64,000 bases of DNA from the sequence record OR413575.1. One strand, written 5' to 3'. The notes beneath the pieces are model-generated. The model worked only from the letters and a program-made list of their open reading frames with translations, was not told the origin of the DNA and searched no databases. The stretch's first letter is position 1. Every line of letters begins with the position of its first letter. A program made the position numbers and the translations under genes. Positions 17,729 to 28,456 of the stretch are shown here, one piece after another.

Positions 17729-18763
17729 ATGGAACTCTCTCCTCGTCTGATGAAGTTGTATGACAGGAAAGAGTCCTTTAGCGAAGCAAGCATCTCCGCG
17801 TTGAAAGAACTGGCTGCGGTCAATCCTTTACGTGGAGATGATATCCCGGAGACACTAACTGATAAGTTGCAATTCAGTAACGAACACTTCGTTGCTGTAG
17901 CGGCTTGTATGTCGGTGTTCGAACAAGTAGCGACCGAGTCAGCGCGTATTCAAGAGAATATTCAAGACTTAGCTCGTTACTCTTCGTTCCTGGATACTAT
18001 TGTACCTTACCGTATCCATAAGGTGAATGGAGAGGTTGCGGCTAAACGAGATCGTTTGAACTCGTTACGTAACCTCTTTACCGAATCATTGTTAAACGAT
18101 GATATGATTACGGCTCGTACAGTAGCTGCCGCTAACGGCACTTTCCCGGAACTGGATAACTTCCGAACATTCCTTCAACCTTTCGGCGAATACGTCGCTT
18201 CCCTGAATATGGGAACAGAGGTTGAGGACGAAGCCATCACTGGGTACTTATCCGCTATGGATCAAGTTTCCCCTGGTGCACTCCTGTCGTTGGTTATTGG
18301 ATCTGAACAACTCGACGTTGTCAATCAACAAGCTGATTTGATCATGGCCCTACGGAATCACCGCGATAAGTTCTCGCGAGTAGACACTGAACGCAATACG
18401 TTGTGTTGGTCATTGAGTCGTAGCTTCATTGATTTGCCAATACGGTTACTGGCCCGTGCCGGTTACGAACCGGGATCCGAGCTATCGGTATTACAAGCTC
18501 AAGTGGCAGTATTAACCGAGATGCAATTCGATGACTTTGCAGAAGGTGGTATTAACTACCTGGTTGAGTGGACGGCTATTATACACAACAGCTTACTGTT
18601 GATAGTAGATCTGTCACGATTCTACCGCGATGTCATGTCCGCCACTTACGATTGTCTGTGGGAGTTCTTCTTCTATCAGTTATCCGAGTTAGAACAACTC
18701 GAAGAAACTGAAGTCCTGGAGTCCGTTATGGTTATGTGTCAACAGACTCTGTTTAAGGAATAA
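17729..18763 (+). CDS. putative virion head protein (344 aa)
   Basis: Tightly packed operon; FSNE|H cleavage-like site. Confidence 0.65.
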   Translation: MELSPRLMKLYDRKESFSEASISALKELAAVNPLRGDDIPETLTDKLQFSNEHFVAVAACMSVFEQVATESARIQENIQDLARYSSFLDTIVPYRIHKVNGEVAAKRDRLNSLRNLFTESLLNDDMITARTVAAANGTFPELDNFRTFLQPFGEYVASLNMGTEVEDEAITGYLSAMDQVSPGALLSLVIGSEQLDVVNQQADLIMALRNHRDKFSRVDTERNTLCWSLSRSFIDLPIRLLARAGYEPGSELSVLQAQVAVLTEMQFDDFAEGGINYLVEWTAIIHNSLLLIVDLSRFYRDVMSATYDCLWEFFFYQLSELEQLEETEVLESVMVMCQQTLFKE

Positions 18764-18766
18764 AAA

Positions 18767-20107
18767 ATGACGAAGCAAGCTATTCTACCGATCACCGGTC
18801 AGTCAGATCCGATGTTCACTCTGATCGATCCAAACGGTAATGATCTCCATAAACATCTTATGGAGTTAAACCGTTTACATGCGGACGAGGAAGTCCGTAA
18901 GAATACGGGTGAAGTTCTGGTTAGCGAATTAGAACGTATTCGCGACAACTTAGAACAAACCCAAGGCGTCACGCGCCGCGATATGGAAGAAGTAGAAACC
19001 GTTTCTGGTGTAACTTTAGAATCCATGCCAATCGCAATGTTTACAGAGCGTCGAAGCTCTACTGGACTCACTGTTGCTCTCGAAGAGATCGATGTGCGTA
19101 AAGCCGGTATTATTGCAGCCGGTATCGTCGCAGCTCTCGGGCTCCTGCTTAAAATGATAAGTTGGTTTGGCAAGAAGGCGTCCGGTGGAGCTGGCGGCGG
19201 AGGTGGAGGTGCTAAAGTCTCTACCGTTGCTGAGAAGATGAAGTCAGTCGAGGATGAAGTTGAATCCAAATCTGACGAGTCTGCTAAAACAGATCTAAGT
19301 TCCGATGACAAGAAGACGGCGCAGGATATGTTAACTGCATATCTGGACAAACGTAGCTTACTGCAAGACAACTGTCTTAAAGATAACAGCTACGTCGATG
19401 CCTTCGTAAAAATCATTCCTAGTTTTGAAGCACATTTAGAAACTAGCGGAATTGCAATTGATCGCACAACGACTATGTTGGAAATGGCACTGGCTGGCAC
19501 GGAAGAAACTCCTGCTAACGCTAACCGTATCCAAAGCCTGATTAACGAAACCGAAGGTGATCATGCTCACTTTAATAAGTGGCCTGAAGCTCTAGTGCTG
19601 ATTAAAGCACTGGGTGTTCAACCACGTGGTGACGCCAGCCTGGGTGACATGTTAAAAGCCGTTATGGATAAACTCCAGGAAGAGAACGATAAACCAACCA
19701 AACTGCGTGTTGCGGATTTAGGTCCGACTAATACGTATAAGGGTTTGGACAATGAGTTCAAACGCTGCTTACGTACTCTGGGCACAATTGAAGAAACAGG
19801 ATCGAAAGATTCCGAAGACTTCTTCCTGAGCACTGATACGTTAGCTAAGGCAGTTGATACGAGTGACAATAGCCAAAAGAAACTCCAGGAGATGTTAACT
19901 AAACTCCAGAGTAAGAATGGTGCGTTAACAACTAACTCAATGCAGATTAATAACTTTGTAGGTAAGGCAATTAAAATGACAATCGAGCAGGCTCGCGTGA
20001 TCAACATGATCATGGCCCTGTCTGAAATCATTGGTGGGAAAGCAACTAGCGTGTGCGAATCCACTACGGCATTGACCGAGAAGTTACTGAAGATCAGTTT
20101 CGCGTGA
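18767..20107 (+). CDS. inner head/ejection protein (446 aa)
   Basis: VTLE|S and VALE|E sites before hydrophobic helix AGIIAAGIVAALGLLLKMISWF and Gly-rich linker. Confidence 0.65.
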   Translation: MTKQAILPITGQSDPMFTLIDPNGNDLHKHLMELNRLHADEEVRKNTGEVLVSELERIRDNLEQTQGVTRRDMEEVETVSGVTLESMPIAMFTERRSSTGLTVALEEIDVRKAGIIAAGIVAALGLLLKMISWFGKKASGGAGGGGGGAKVSTVAEKMKSVEDEVESKSDESAKTDLSSDDKKTAQDMLTAYLDKRSLLQDNCLKDNSYVDAFVKIIPSFEAHLETSGIAIDRTTTMLEMALAGTEETPANANRIQSLINETEGDHAHFNKWPEALVLIKALGVQPRGDASLGDMLKAVMDKLQEENDKPTKLRVADLGPTNTYKGLDNEFKRCLRTLGTIEETGSKDSEDFFLSTDTLAKAVDTSDNSQKKLQEMLTKLQSKNGALTTNSMQINNFVGKAIKMTIEQARVINMIMALSEIIGGKATSVCESTTALTEKLLKISFA

Positions 20108-20152
20108 CATAAAGGTACCCAGAGGAGCATTACGCTCCTCTGGGCCTTATGC
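20105..20152. terminator. bidirectional hairpin element, near-identical to 59709..59756
   Basis: CCCAGAGGAGC-attac-GCTCCTCTGGG between convergent genes. Confidence 0.8.
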
Positions 20153-20154
20153 CG

Positions 20155-23094
20155 TTATTCAGAAGGTAAGTGCAGATCCCACTTGTAAGTGATATCTTCT
20201 TTCACGATGATACGACCATCGTCATTCAATGCCGCTAAACGACGAATAGAGGCACGGTATGAGTCATCCTTAACGGTGAAGGTTGTCACTTCACGTTTAC
20301 CCGCCATCATCTTCACATCGAACCCTGCTAAACGTTCATCAGCGTTCTGTACGATACGACTGATGATACTGGAACGAGCAACGGTCTTGTTAGTCAGTGT
20401 AGTGCTAATAGCAGAATCACAGACGGACTCAATCATTTCACGGAACTCCATGTCCCGATAACCCGTTTCAGTAGCGTACAACGTAATCTGGTAACTCAAC
20501 TGAGCGTTGACGTTAATCTCGACAGCATCGTCTACCAGTACTGGAATGTTACCAATTGTTTTCTTCGGATAGAAGAAGATATCAGTTTTCTCCAGCTTAC
20601 GTTTGGTCAACGTCTCCAAACGAGGAATATAATCACGGACGATCGAATCGGTTAAATGGTTCAGATCGGCGAGACTGTTATCATCGTTAGCGTAGAAGTA
20701 GACGCCATCAATCATGAACATATCCATCACGCGAAGGATAGGACGTTCACTGACTGGGATAGGTTGATCTGTTTTAGGATCCAAAATTAATGAATTCTTT
20801 TCATGCAGAATCTTAGGTTTGCCATCAACCAAGACTGGGTCACCAGCTGCATGTAACAGATTGAACTTAACTTTACCATTCTCGATAGTGAAGGTACGGT
20901 TACGCGATACAGGATCGATTTCGTAAACATCTTTTTCCCATACAGCATAAACATCAGTGTCGTACTTCTTATACTCTGGCGCTCCACCCAATGAACGAGA
21001 ATTCGTCCAAAGCATTTTCAGTGCGGAACCCAGTTCGATATTCACTCGCTCAACAGAAATACCATAAACGTCAGCCGGTAACAATTCCTTACCTAACCAA
21101 CTATCAACTTCACTGTAATCCAAACCATCAACAATATAGTTACTGACAGAATAACTAAGAGTAAAGTTAGTTTCCAATGGCATCGGAAGAGATCGAGGGG
21201 TGGACGTAAAGATAGCGAAGTTATCAACGATCAAGTTGTTATTCGCATCTAAGTCAAACGTACACTCGATAGGGAATTCAAATGTATCGTAGAAAGCCTT
21301 CTTCTGCTCAATACGTCCTTTCCATGTTCCGTTCAGATAAGCGAAGTTCTGCTCACCGAAAGGAATAAACCCTAACTGAGCATGACGCTGGGTCGGTATT
21401 AATGCACGCCAGTTAGCACCCACCAACGCAGTCACTGTCAACAAGTACCCTGTTTCGGTACGACGGATATCAAACCCAACCGTCTGTACTTCTAACTGAG
21501 TGCTACCGTTCTCGTGTAAGAATTCACGAGTGGTTTGACGAGGATCTTGTAAATGATAAGCTCGGAAGTTGAAGTTATCATTATTCGTATCCAGTACATA
21601 GTGGAATGGGCTGTATACGTAATCACCTGCGTTAACTGTGTTAACCAACGTCTCGGTTGTGTTACTGATAGCGTCAGGATAACGTGAAGGATCTACTAAA
21701 CTTAGAATACCTTCGTTCAGCTGGAACAATGTATCCGGCGAAATAGTTACACGATGGTTGTTATCCCAAACTCCTGGATACTTCACTAGATCATCAATTC
21801 GAGTCTGAAGAGTCATGATACCGGAACTAGGAGCTGAGTTAAAGTTACTACCCGACGCAGGAGCTAACGTCTTACTCGCCAAATAAACACGGTCGGTTAA
21901 GTCGTCACGATGTTTAATGACGTCGAACCCTAATGTATCTAAACGTGCCTCGATTTGCGCGGGCGTAATAGGAACGTCGATGATAGACGTATTGTTAATG
22001 ATCGCATTGTTCATTTGATCAAACGTCAGTCCGTCAGCACCACCCGTCAGGATATCGTTACTATAAACTGCAAACTCCAGCGAACGAACAGGCGCTGAGT
22101 AACGCTCCATCTCAGGATCATCCAGATCTTCCGTGTAAGCAATCTTAAATGCGTTACCTTGCAACGTACTTAAGTCACTATACATTTCTCCCTTAGTGGT
22201 ATAAACGTCGAAACGAATACCCGCACCTTCAGGAACTCGGCCAGATTCTGTATAGACAGGAGGAATACGCACCTCAACCGTTTCTTCCTCTACCTTAATA
22301 ATGCCAGTAGGGTTAGTTGGGGAATAAACCCATTCGCTATAAGTTGTACGCATTTCCGTCCAACCGCCACGGTCAGAACCGTAGAAGATTCGAATTGCGT
22401 GGAAGTTATCATTGAACGGAAGGTTGAAAACAAAATTACTACCTTCAAGCGAATCTTTCGTCACCGCACGGTTGAGCTGCAGCATTGCCATTTCAATATC
22501 AACATAAACACGTCCTTCTGGTGCTGGAACAGTTGTCCAGTTAACCACGTTATCATCCAATGACATTAACGGACTACGTTTGTCTGTGTTGTATATAACG
22601 AACAGAGGGGCTTTTGTGTTACTGACGCCTCTATGTATAGGCTGACGGATTTCAATTGGATACAGCGTGATTAAGGACGTCTGGTTGTCAATCTTAATCA
22701 TGGTGTTACGAGGGATTACTGCTTTACGTAATTGAGATCCCGGTACAGTGACCATACGAGCAATGAGTTCTTCACGTGGGAACATCAAATGCATCTTGGC
22801 CCGGCTAGGTTGAGTAAAGCGGTTGATCATATCGTAATCAGAAGCGTTAGCATAAAGATCACGCATACGCGAAGCCAGAATAGGATAGTTACGACGGTCA
22901 ATCGCCATCGCTTCCTCTATATGGACAATAGCTTGAGCAGAACTGATTTCAAGTGTTTGTACCATCGGGCTAATTGGGTCAGGGACGGATTTCCCTTTCA
23001 AGCGAGTTTCGATATAATCTAACCCTACTTGCACGAACGCTGCTGGGTTACGAGAAGCCAGTCGAGTTCGATTCAATACATCGTAATCAATCAT
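20155..23094 (-). CDS. baseplate wedge protein (T4 gp6/baseplate J-like; 979 aa)
   Basis: GGADGLTFDQMNNAII resembles the GG-D-E motif of baseplate J/gp6; size and synteny with phiKZ structural block. Confidence 0.6.
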   Translation of the reverse strand: MIDYDVLNRTRLASRNPAAFVQVGLDYIETRLKGKSVPDPISPMVQTLEISSAQAIVHIEEAMAIDRRNYPILASRMRDLYANASDYDMINRFTQPSRAKMHLMFPREELIARMVTVPGSQLRKAVIPRNTMIKIDNQTSLITLYPIEIRQPIHRGVSNTKAPLFVIYNTDKRSPLMSLDDNVVNWTTVPAPEGRVYVDIEMAMLQLNRAVTKDSLEGSNFVFNLPFNDNFHAIRIFYGSDRGGWTEMRTTYSEWVYSPTNPTGIIKVEEETVEVRIPPVYTESGRVPEGAGIRFDVYTTKGEMYSDLSTLQGNAFKIAYTEDLDDPEMERYSAPVRSLEFAVYSNDILTGGADGLTFDQMNNAIINNTSIIDVPITPAQIEARLDTLGFDVIKHRDDLTDRVYLASKTLAPASGSNFNSAPSSGIMTLQTRIDDLVKYPGVWDNNHRVTISPDTLFQLNEGILSLVDPSRYPDAISNTTETLVNTVNAGDYVYSPFHYVLDTNNDNFNFRAYHLQDPRQTTREFLHENGSTQLEVQTVGFDIRRTETGYLLTVTALVGANWRALIPTQRHAQLGFIPFGEQNFAYLNGTWKGRIEQKKAFYDTFEFPIECTFDLDANNNLIVDNFAIFTSTPRSLPMPLETNFTLSYSVSNYIVDGLDYSEVDSWLGKELLPADVYGISVERVNIELGSALKMLWTNSRSLGGAPEYKKYDTDVYAVWEKDVYEIDPVSRNRTFTIENGKVKFNLLHAAGDPVLVDGKPKILHEKNSLILDPKTDQPIPVSERPILRVMDMFMIDGVYFYANDDNSLADLNHLTDSIVRDYIPRLETLTKRKLEKTDIFFYPKKTIGNIPVLVDDAVEINVNAQLSYQITLYATETGYRDMEFREMIESVCDSAISTTLTNKTVARSSIISRIVQNADERLAGFDVKMMAGKREVTTFTVKDDSYRASIRRLAALNDDGRIIVKEDITYKWDLHLPSE

Positions 23095-23099
23095 TTATC

Positions 23100-24317
23100 T
23101 TACTCCGTTGAGAAGCTAGAGAATTCTCGTTCATTATCATTTCCCATATCGAGGGAAGCGCCCATCCAACCAGTAGATGGATCCGCTAACGGACTACCAT
23201 CCGTAGGACTATTAGGAACGTCTGGTGTAATTTCAGGACTATCACCTTGAATCTCTGCTAAGATTTCTCGGTAGCGTTCGACTTCTAAGAACCACATGAG
23301 TTCCCAAGTCGCAGGATGAATTAAAGGATAACATTCGTTAGTGAAGTAATCCAATTGACTGTTAGGAATCTGAACGTAGCGATCGCCGCGTAAGAGTAAC
23401 AGCTGCCCATCTGCTAAAGCCTGTAAAGCCTGTGGCGAGTTGTCCATGACTTCTAAGTCAGGGTTAAACATCGCAACCGTGTCGTTAAATTCCCATGGCA
23501 GAATAGGATCGTTATACATCGCACCTACTGCACGGAACTGAATGTTTACTTTGTCATTCGCGCGGTCAAAGTTTTCGCTGCTACTATAGTTAGCAATCGC
23601 ACCCCATGGGTTAGTACGAGGATACATGTAACCACAGGCCATGATGTGTTGTACAAAACGACGAGATGGATCCATAATCAGACGATACATGCGCTGAGTA
23701 TAATCCATACGGTTTTCAATATTGTTTTCCGGGTACGGGTTCATCAGGTTACTGATAACGTTCTCCATGTAATGAAGCTGAGTATCAATCATCTTCAGAA
23801 TAGGGGCACCCTCTGTGTTCACGAATGAACATGTCAGGTCGAACGAACCACGGAATTGGTAATAACCATCCGCCATAGCTACCGCTTCACCTACAATACC
23901 TTCTTGCTCGACATAGTCAGGCATGATGTTATCTGGCCAACCTGACACATCAGAGATTGTATTAGTGTAGAGAGTGACGAAAGCGTGCTTGTTATTAAAC
24001 AGAGGCGTACCGTATCCATTTTCTTCACAATGCGGATCGAGAATGGCACGTACAACTCGTTGAATCGTATACGGGTTAGGGGTTAACAAAGGTGTGAGAT
24101 ACCTATCTTGTGATAGATTCATGTCTGTCAGGTTAAGCTCGCAGCGGGTTACGAAGGTATAACCGGTCTGATCCGTGTTAGCAGGTGTAGCTGTGCCGTT
24201 GGCTCTATGGTTATAGCCACGGACCATATCGTAGGCCTGACCTTTGTATGTTCCATAACCCATACTCCGACTGAGTTGCTCAAGGCTCTGACGGAACTGT
24301 TGTTCTTTCGAACTCAT
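23100..24317 (-). CDS. tail-tube-like baseplate protein (~405 aa)
   Basis: AAGGAG RBS before ATG at 24317 (ORF-track start 24467 rejected); YTQRMYRLIMD motif; synteny. Confidence 0.55.
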   Translation of the reverse strand: MSSKEQQFRQSLEQLSRSMGYGTYKGQAYDMVRGYNHRANGTATPANTDQTGYTFVTRCELNLTDMNLSQDRYLTPLLTPNPYTIQRVVRAILDPHCEENGYGTPLFNNKHAFVTLYTNTISDVSGWPDNIMPDYVEQEGIVGEAVAMADGYYQFRGSFDLTCSFVNTEGAPILKMIDTQLHYMENVISNLMNPYPENNIENRMDYTQRMYRLIMDPSRRFVQHIMACGYMYPRTNPWGAIANYSSSENFDRANDKVNIQFRAVGAMYNDPILPWEFNDTVAMFNPDLEVMDNSPQALQALADGQLLLLRGDRYVQIPNSQLDYFTNECYPLIHPATWELMWFLEVERYREILAEIQGDSPEITPDVPNSPTDGSPLADPSTGWMGASLDMGNDNEREFSSFSTE

Positions 24318-24348
24318 TTCTTTGCTCCTTACAAGGGAATCGAAAAAT

Positions 24349-25494
24349 ATGTTACCTAATATTTTATCTGCTGCCGCTTCAAAAAGTGGTGGACTCACAC
24401 CATTGGAGTTAATCAATGGTTTGCCTGAGCTTGTGCGCTCTCGTGGTGACTCGTTGATCGAGTACACTCAGGACACCCGTCTCGAACCAATCTGCCTGAT
24501 CGATTCCGGACTGATGGGTCTATCGTGCATGGAATCCGCACTCCAAGTCCAGCTGAACTTCTTTGCTTCCTTATATCTCAGTGCAACTCAAATCGGTGCA
24601 TCTGAAATTAACGGCGTAAGTATTCTGCAGCGTCTCGGTAAGTTCAACCCTACCCGCGATCCAATCAATAGCGGTGCTGATACAGTATCTGCATTGGTCG
24701 GCGCGATCTCTACCGAATCAGAAGCTCTGAAATTCGGCTTACCGCCGATCAGTTCTTTACAGAACTACGTCTCCATGGAATCTGATGCAGACGACGGTCG
24801 CGTTATCCAACAGACCATCGGGAAAGATACCCTGAAAGCTCTGAAGGAAAACGCTAACCTGGCCATCGGTAAAATGTTCGAGCTGAACCTCCGCATTGAC
24901 GATAAGCAGTTCACTGTTCCGATGATGTGTCGTCTTGACACCATCCCAACTCCGGGTGCTGTAATCAGTGGCGAACTTTGTGCTCTGGCTGAAAACTTCA
25001 AGCCGGATCCAAAAGAGCGTAAGATCAAAGTTAAAGCTGGCGCTATCCGTAAGTTCCAGGACTTCGTTGCTTGTGCAGATATTCTGGACAACCACATGAA
25101 GACGATCGTAAAAGATCCGACTGGTCTGTACTTACGTTCAATCGAAAACGCACGCCGTAACAAGCTGGCTGGCTGGTTGAGTGGTCGTCCTTCTGTCGCA
25201 ACTGCTTCTTCTATTTATAACATCACAGAAGAAACCGCAGTGATGATCGAACGCCGTCTGGGTATCGACCTGGAAAACCCGCGTGATCGTAACCGGCTGT
25301 TCGATAAGTCTTCCATGATGGTACTTTATGTATTTGACCGTGAAGCAGAAATGGTGACAGCTTACTATCGTCGTTGTAAGAACTACACCCGTATCAGCTT
25401 CCGTCAGCTGGAAGATAAAGGTTCTTCTGATAAAGCATCCGACGTCATGAAGATGATGAACGACTTTACCCAGATGAAAGCTCCGCAATTCTAA
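24349..25494 (+). CDS. inner body/head protein (phiKZ gp89-like; ~381 aa)
   Basis: AAGGG RBS before ATG 24349; ISTE|S and VSME|S cleavage-like sites; synteny. Confidence 0.65.
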   Translation: MLPNILSAAASKSGGLTPLELINGLPELVRSRGDSLIEYTQDTRLEPICLIDSGLMGLSCMESALQVQLNFFASLYLSATQIGASEINGVSILQRLGKFNPTRDPINSGADTVSALVGAISTESEALKFGLPPISSLQNYVSMESDADDGRVIQQTIGKDTLKALKENANLAIGKMFELNLRIDDKQFTVPMMCRLDTIPTPGAVISGELCALAENFKPDPKERKIKVKAGAIRKFQDFVACADILDNHMKTIVKDPTGLYLRSIENARRNKLAGWLSGRPSVATASSIYNITEETAVMIERRLGIDLENPRDRNRLFDKSSMMVLYVFDREAEMVTAYYRRCKNYTRISFRQLEDKGSSDKASDVMKMMNDFTQMKAPQF

Positions 25495-25503
25495 GGACTC
25501 ATC

Positions 25504-26415
25504 ATGCTCAATAAAATTATTGCGGTCCTGTCTCCTACGTTAGAGCGTCGTCATTTCGTTGAAGAAATTAAACGAACTGAGCAGATCCTCAACGAAGACA
25601 CGTTGACCCCGTACCGCGACCTGGTTGAAGCAAAAATGTTTCAGGGCAATAAGCCTTTTAAAACCGGTAGCGTAATTAAAATTAACAGTCTGGTTGCCAA
25701 GCACATGGGTAACCGTACCGGCGCGAACTTCGTTGAAGTAACCGCAATGGTGTTGTCCAATATGTCCGCCGGTTTCGAAACCTTTGAACGTATTGCCGAT
25801 CACACCATCAAAGGCACTGTAATGGACAAGGTGGGCTTATCGTACCGTAAAGCTACCCTGATCCAAGTTCTCGGCCTGATGGACTTTGTGTGCAGCTACA
25901 GCCGTATGGTTCTGTTGTACACCCTCGGTAAAGAAGTGAAGAACTTCAAATCCGAAGCCACGATGCCTGAGCCTTTTACTAAGGCGGAAATCAAGTATCT
26001 GGAAACCCACGCTGAAAACTGGGCACGTTGCTTAAAGATCTTTAGCCAACCTATGGTTAAAATCATGGCGACTATCGATACCGTACCGGATATCGTTTAC
26101 GACCCTAATAAAGAAGCGGCTGTACTGGCGCAAGTAGGTACTCGTGTTGACCCACTGTCCTTGAACTATGTTCCGGTTGTCAGTGACGTTATCATGTTCT
26201 TTGGCCTGCGTTATGTAGAGAAGAAAGCTCTACGTTACAAGAAAGCCGAAGCTGACCGTAAAGCACTGGAGCTACGTATCGCTCAGTACCGTGCAGCTGC
26301 CACCGGTAACCCGGATGCTGTTACGGATAAACTCATTATCGCAACTGAAGACGAACTTCGTGCTGTTAACTACGAAATCGCCCAGATGCGTAAGAAGATG
26401 GGGCTGGATGAATGA
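25504..26415 (+). CDS. inner body/head protein (phiKZ gp90-like; 303 aa)
   Basis: AAGGA RBS; C-terminal coiled coil; synteny. Confidence 0.65.
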   Translation: MLNKIIAVLSPTLERRHFVEEIKRTEQILNEDTLTPYRDLVEAKMFQGNKPFKTGSVIKINSLVAKHMGNRTGANFVEVTAMVLSNMSAGFETFERIADHTIKGTVMDKVGLSYRKATLIQVLGLMDFVCSYSRMVLLYTLGKEVKNFKSEATMPEPFTKAEIKYLETHAENWARCLKIFSQPMVKIMATIDTVPDIVYDPNKEAAVLAQVGTRVDPLSLNYVPVVSDVIMFFGLRYVEKKALRYKKAEADRKALELRIAQYRAAATGNPDAVTDKLIIATEDELRAVNYEIAQMRKKMGLDE

Positions 26416-26924
26416 GGCCAATAGCTTATGACTTAACTCCTCAGGGTTTCCGTATTCCGTTATATGACAATAAACGTCTTGGTGACGGACCTGATGATCT
26501 GGTAGTCAAAAGCTGTGCACTGTTAGCATCTGACCGCACTGGTGAAACTCATACCTGGACATTCCAGCGTAAGATCATCAATCGCGGTCTTGATCTCTTT
26601 GGGGACTTTCGCGAGTTCCTCAAAGCGCAGGACACTAACAGCTCTTTGACAACGCACCAACGTCTGTTCCTGGAAGATACTTTACAATTCATTTGTACTG
26701 GCCGCCGCAGCATGTCGCTTGAGCTTCGTGCTACCTGCCTTGCAATGGAATCAGAAGAAAAGTCCCCGGCTCGGTTCTCACCAAGTCGTTCTACTCGCCC
26801 TCTGTTTGAATTGTACAGTCTCCCAGCGGAAGACTACATGTACCATTGGATAAGCCATGATCGTGGTTTTACAGATATGGTATGTACATTGAATGTGATT
26901 TTTGGTGATATCAAGAATCCGTAA
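26412..26924 (+). CDS. putative head protein (170 aa)
   Basis: ATGA overlap with previous stop; in head operon. Confidence 0.65.
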   Translation: MRPIAYDLTPQGFRIPLYDNKRLGDGPDDLVVKSCALLASDRTGETHTWTFQRKIINRGLDLFGDFREFLKAQDTNSSLTTHQRLFLEDTLQFICTGRRSMSLELRATCLAMESEEKSPARFSPSRSTRPLFELYSLPAEDYMYHWISHDRGFTDMVCTLNVIFGDIKNP

Positions 26925-26964
26925 TTGGTTGTAAAACAAAACTCTCTTAGCTAAGGGGATTTAA

Positions 26965-28365
26965 ATGAGCGTATTAAAAAATGTCCTGCGTAATGCAGCG
27001 ACTGGTGCATCCGGGAAACCGCGTGTTTCTTTCGAGAACTACGAAGACGGTATCTCGGCTGACGATATGGCTGTTGCACAACAGCTTGAACTCGATCAGA
27101 ACGCCGCGATGGAAGAGTTGAACGAACTCGGCCATGAAATCGAAATCGAAGGTCAGGAAGGCGAAATCCTGGCTGAAGCAGTTGAAACTTATCCGCGCGT
27201 TGTTGAGATGATCGAAGAAGACATCGAATCAAACGGCGGCGTTTCTACCGAATCTGCAAAATACCTGAACTTCATCCTGGATCGCGCTGGCCTGAACGGT
27301 CTGGTAAATGTGTCTGTCGAAAACTTCGGCGACAATACCCGTCGTCTGGGCGAAACTCGCGTTTCCCTGGAAGGTATCAAAGAAACTCTGCGCAACTGGT
27401 GGGAAAACCTGCTGGCCTGGTTCAAGAAAATGCGTGAGAAGATGAAGAAGTGGTGGGTGAAGAACTTCTCTGCCGCTGCTGCAATCAAATCTCGTGCCGC
27501 TAACCTGGCTGACCGCGCTAAGAAGATCACTTCTTCTAATGCCAAAGAGAAAAAACTATCCTTCCCGCGTCTGCAGTCTACCCTGATGACCAACGGTAAA
27601 CTCGACGGCACTACTCTGACCGCTGGTCTGAAAGCTGCTACCGATCTGGGTAACAGCATCTTCGGTGAATGGCAGGAAAAAAGTATCGCGGCTGCTGAAG
27701 ACCTGCTGAACGTTATCGATAATGCTTCTGTTGACAAAGCTGGCCTGGGTGCGCTGGGTTCTAACATCGTTAGCTCCCTGCAGAAAGCTGGTGCGGTTAG
27801 TCCGTCTGGTATGAACAACGTATCCGGCGAAGTGCCTGATGCGTACGGCAAAGACAACAGCGCTGATTACGACGTTAAGATGTCTGCTGTTCTCCCTGGT
27901 CAGAAAGCACTGTTCCTGCGTCAGCGTAAGAACAGCCCGGCTGGTACCGGCGTAGAAGGTCTGCAGAATGCTGTTGACTGGCTGGTCACTCGCGCATTCA
28001 AAATGGATGATGCTGCTAAGAAAGTTGCGGAAGACCGCGACACTTCTATCGATACGCTGACTACTCAGCAGATCGAAGCAGTTGCTGGCCAGATTGAAGA
28101 CTTCGCTGCAGTTATCGAAAACTACCAGCGTAACTTCAAGAAGCAGGAAGATGCTAACCAGAACATCGACAAGTTCAAGAAAATTGCTGACCAGGCAACT
28201 GACGAGAACGAAGCCGACGTGGTTAAAGCTCAGAACCTGCTGAAGAAAATGCCGAACGCGCTGAAAGACATGATCAACGAACCGGCCACCGGTTTCGCTG
28301 CATACTTCATGCGTACCGCTAACGCTGCCCTGGCAGTGTGCGAAAAGTCACTGGCCCAGTACTAA
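26965..28365 (+). CDS. abundant inner body/ejection protein (phiKZ gp93-97 family; 466 aa)
   Basis: Acidic propeptide with VSFE, VSTE, VSVE, VSLE|GIKET sites; strongly optimised codons. Confidence 0.75.
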   Translation: MSVLKNVLRNAATGASGKPRVSFENYEDGISADDMAVAQQLELDQNAAMEELNELGHEIEIEGQEGEILAEAVETYPRVVEMIEEDIESNGGVSTESAKYLNFILDRAGLNGLVNVSVENFGDNTRRLGETRVSLEGIKETLRNWWENLLAWFKKMREKMKKWWVKNFSAAAAIKSRAANLADRAKKITSSNAKEKKLSFPRLQSTLMTNGKLDGTTLTAGLKAATDLGNSIFGEWQEKSIAAAEDLLNVIDNASVDKAGLGALGSNIVSSLQKAGAVSPSGMNNVSGEVPDAYGKDNSADYDVKMSAVLPGQKALFLRQRKNSPAGTGVEGLQNAVDWLVTRAFKMDDAAKKVAEDRDTSIDTLTTQQIEAVAGQIEDFAAVIENYQRNFKKQEDANQNIDKFKKIADQATDENEADVVKAQNLLKKMPNALKDMINEPATGFAAYFMRTANAALAVCEKSLAQY

Positions 28366-28403
28366 GAGTTCTTTAACAGAACCCTTATATTGTGAACAAC
28401 TCT

Positions 28404-28427
28404 ACGGCGTTGCATCTGTAGCGCCGT
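28404..28427 (+). other. leader hairpin without U-tract between paralogous head genes
   Basis: ACGGCGTTGC-atct-GTAGCGCCGT, 10-bp stem including G-U pairs. Confidence 0.45.
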
Positions 28428-28456
28428 GATAATTTTGAAATCTGGAGAAATCCCAA

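Noticed and set aside
24318-24467. ORF-track upstream starts for 23100..24467 and 24322..25494 implying overlapping divergent CDSs
   Set aside because: Good RBS/ATG pairs at 24317 (-) and 24349 (+) remove the overlap
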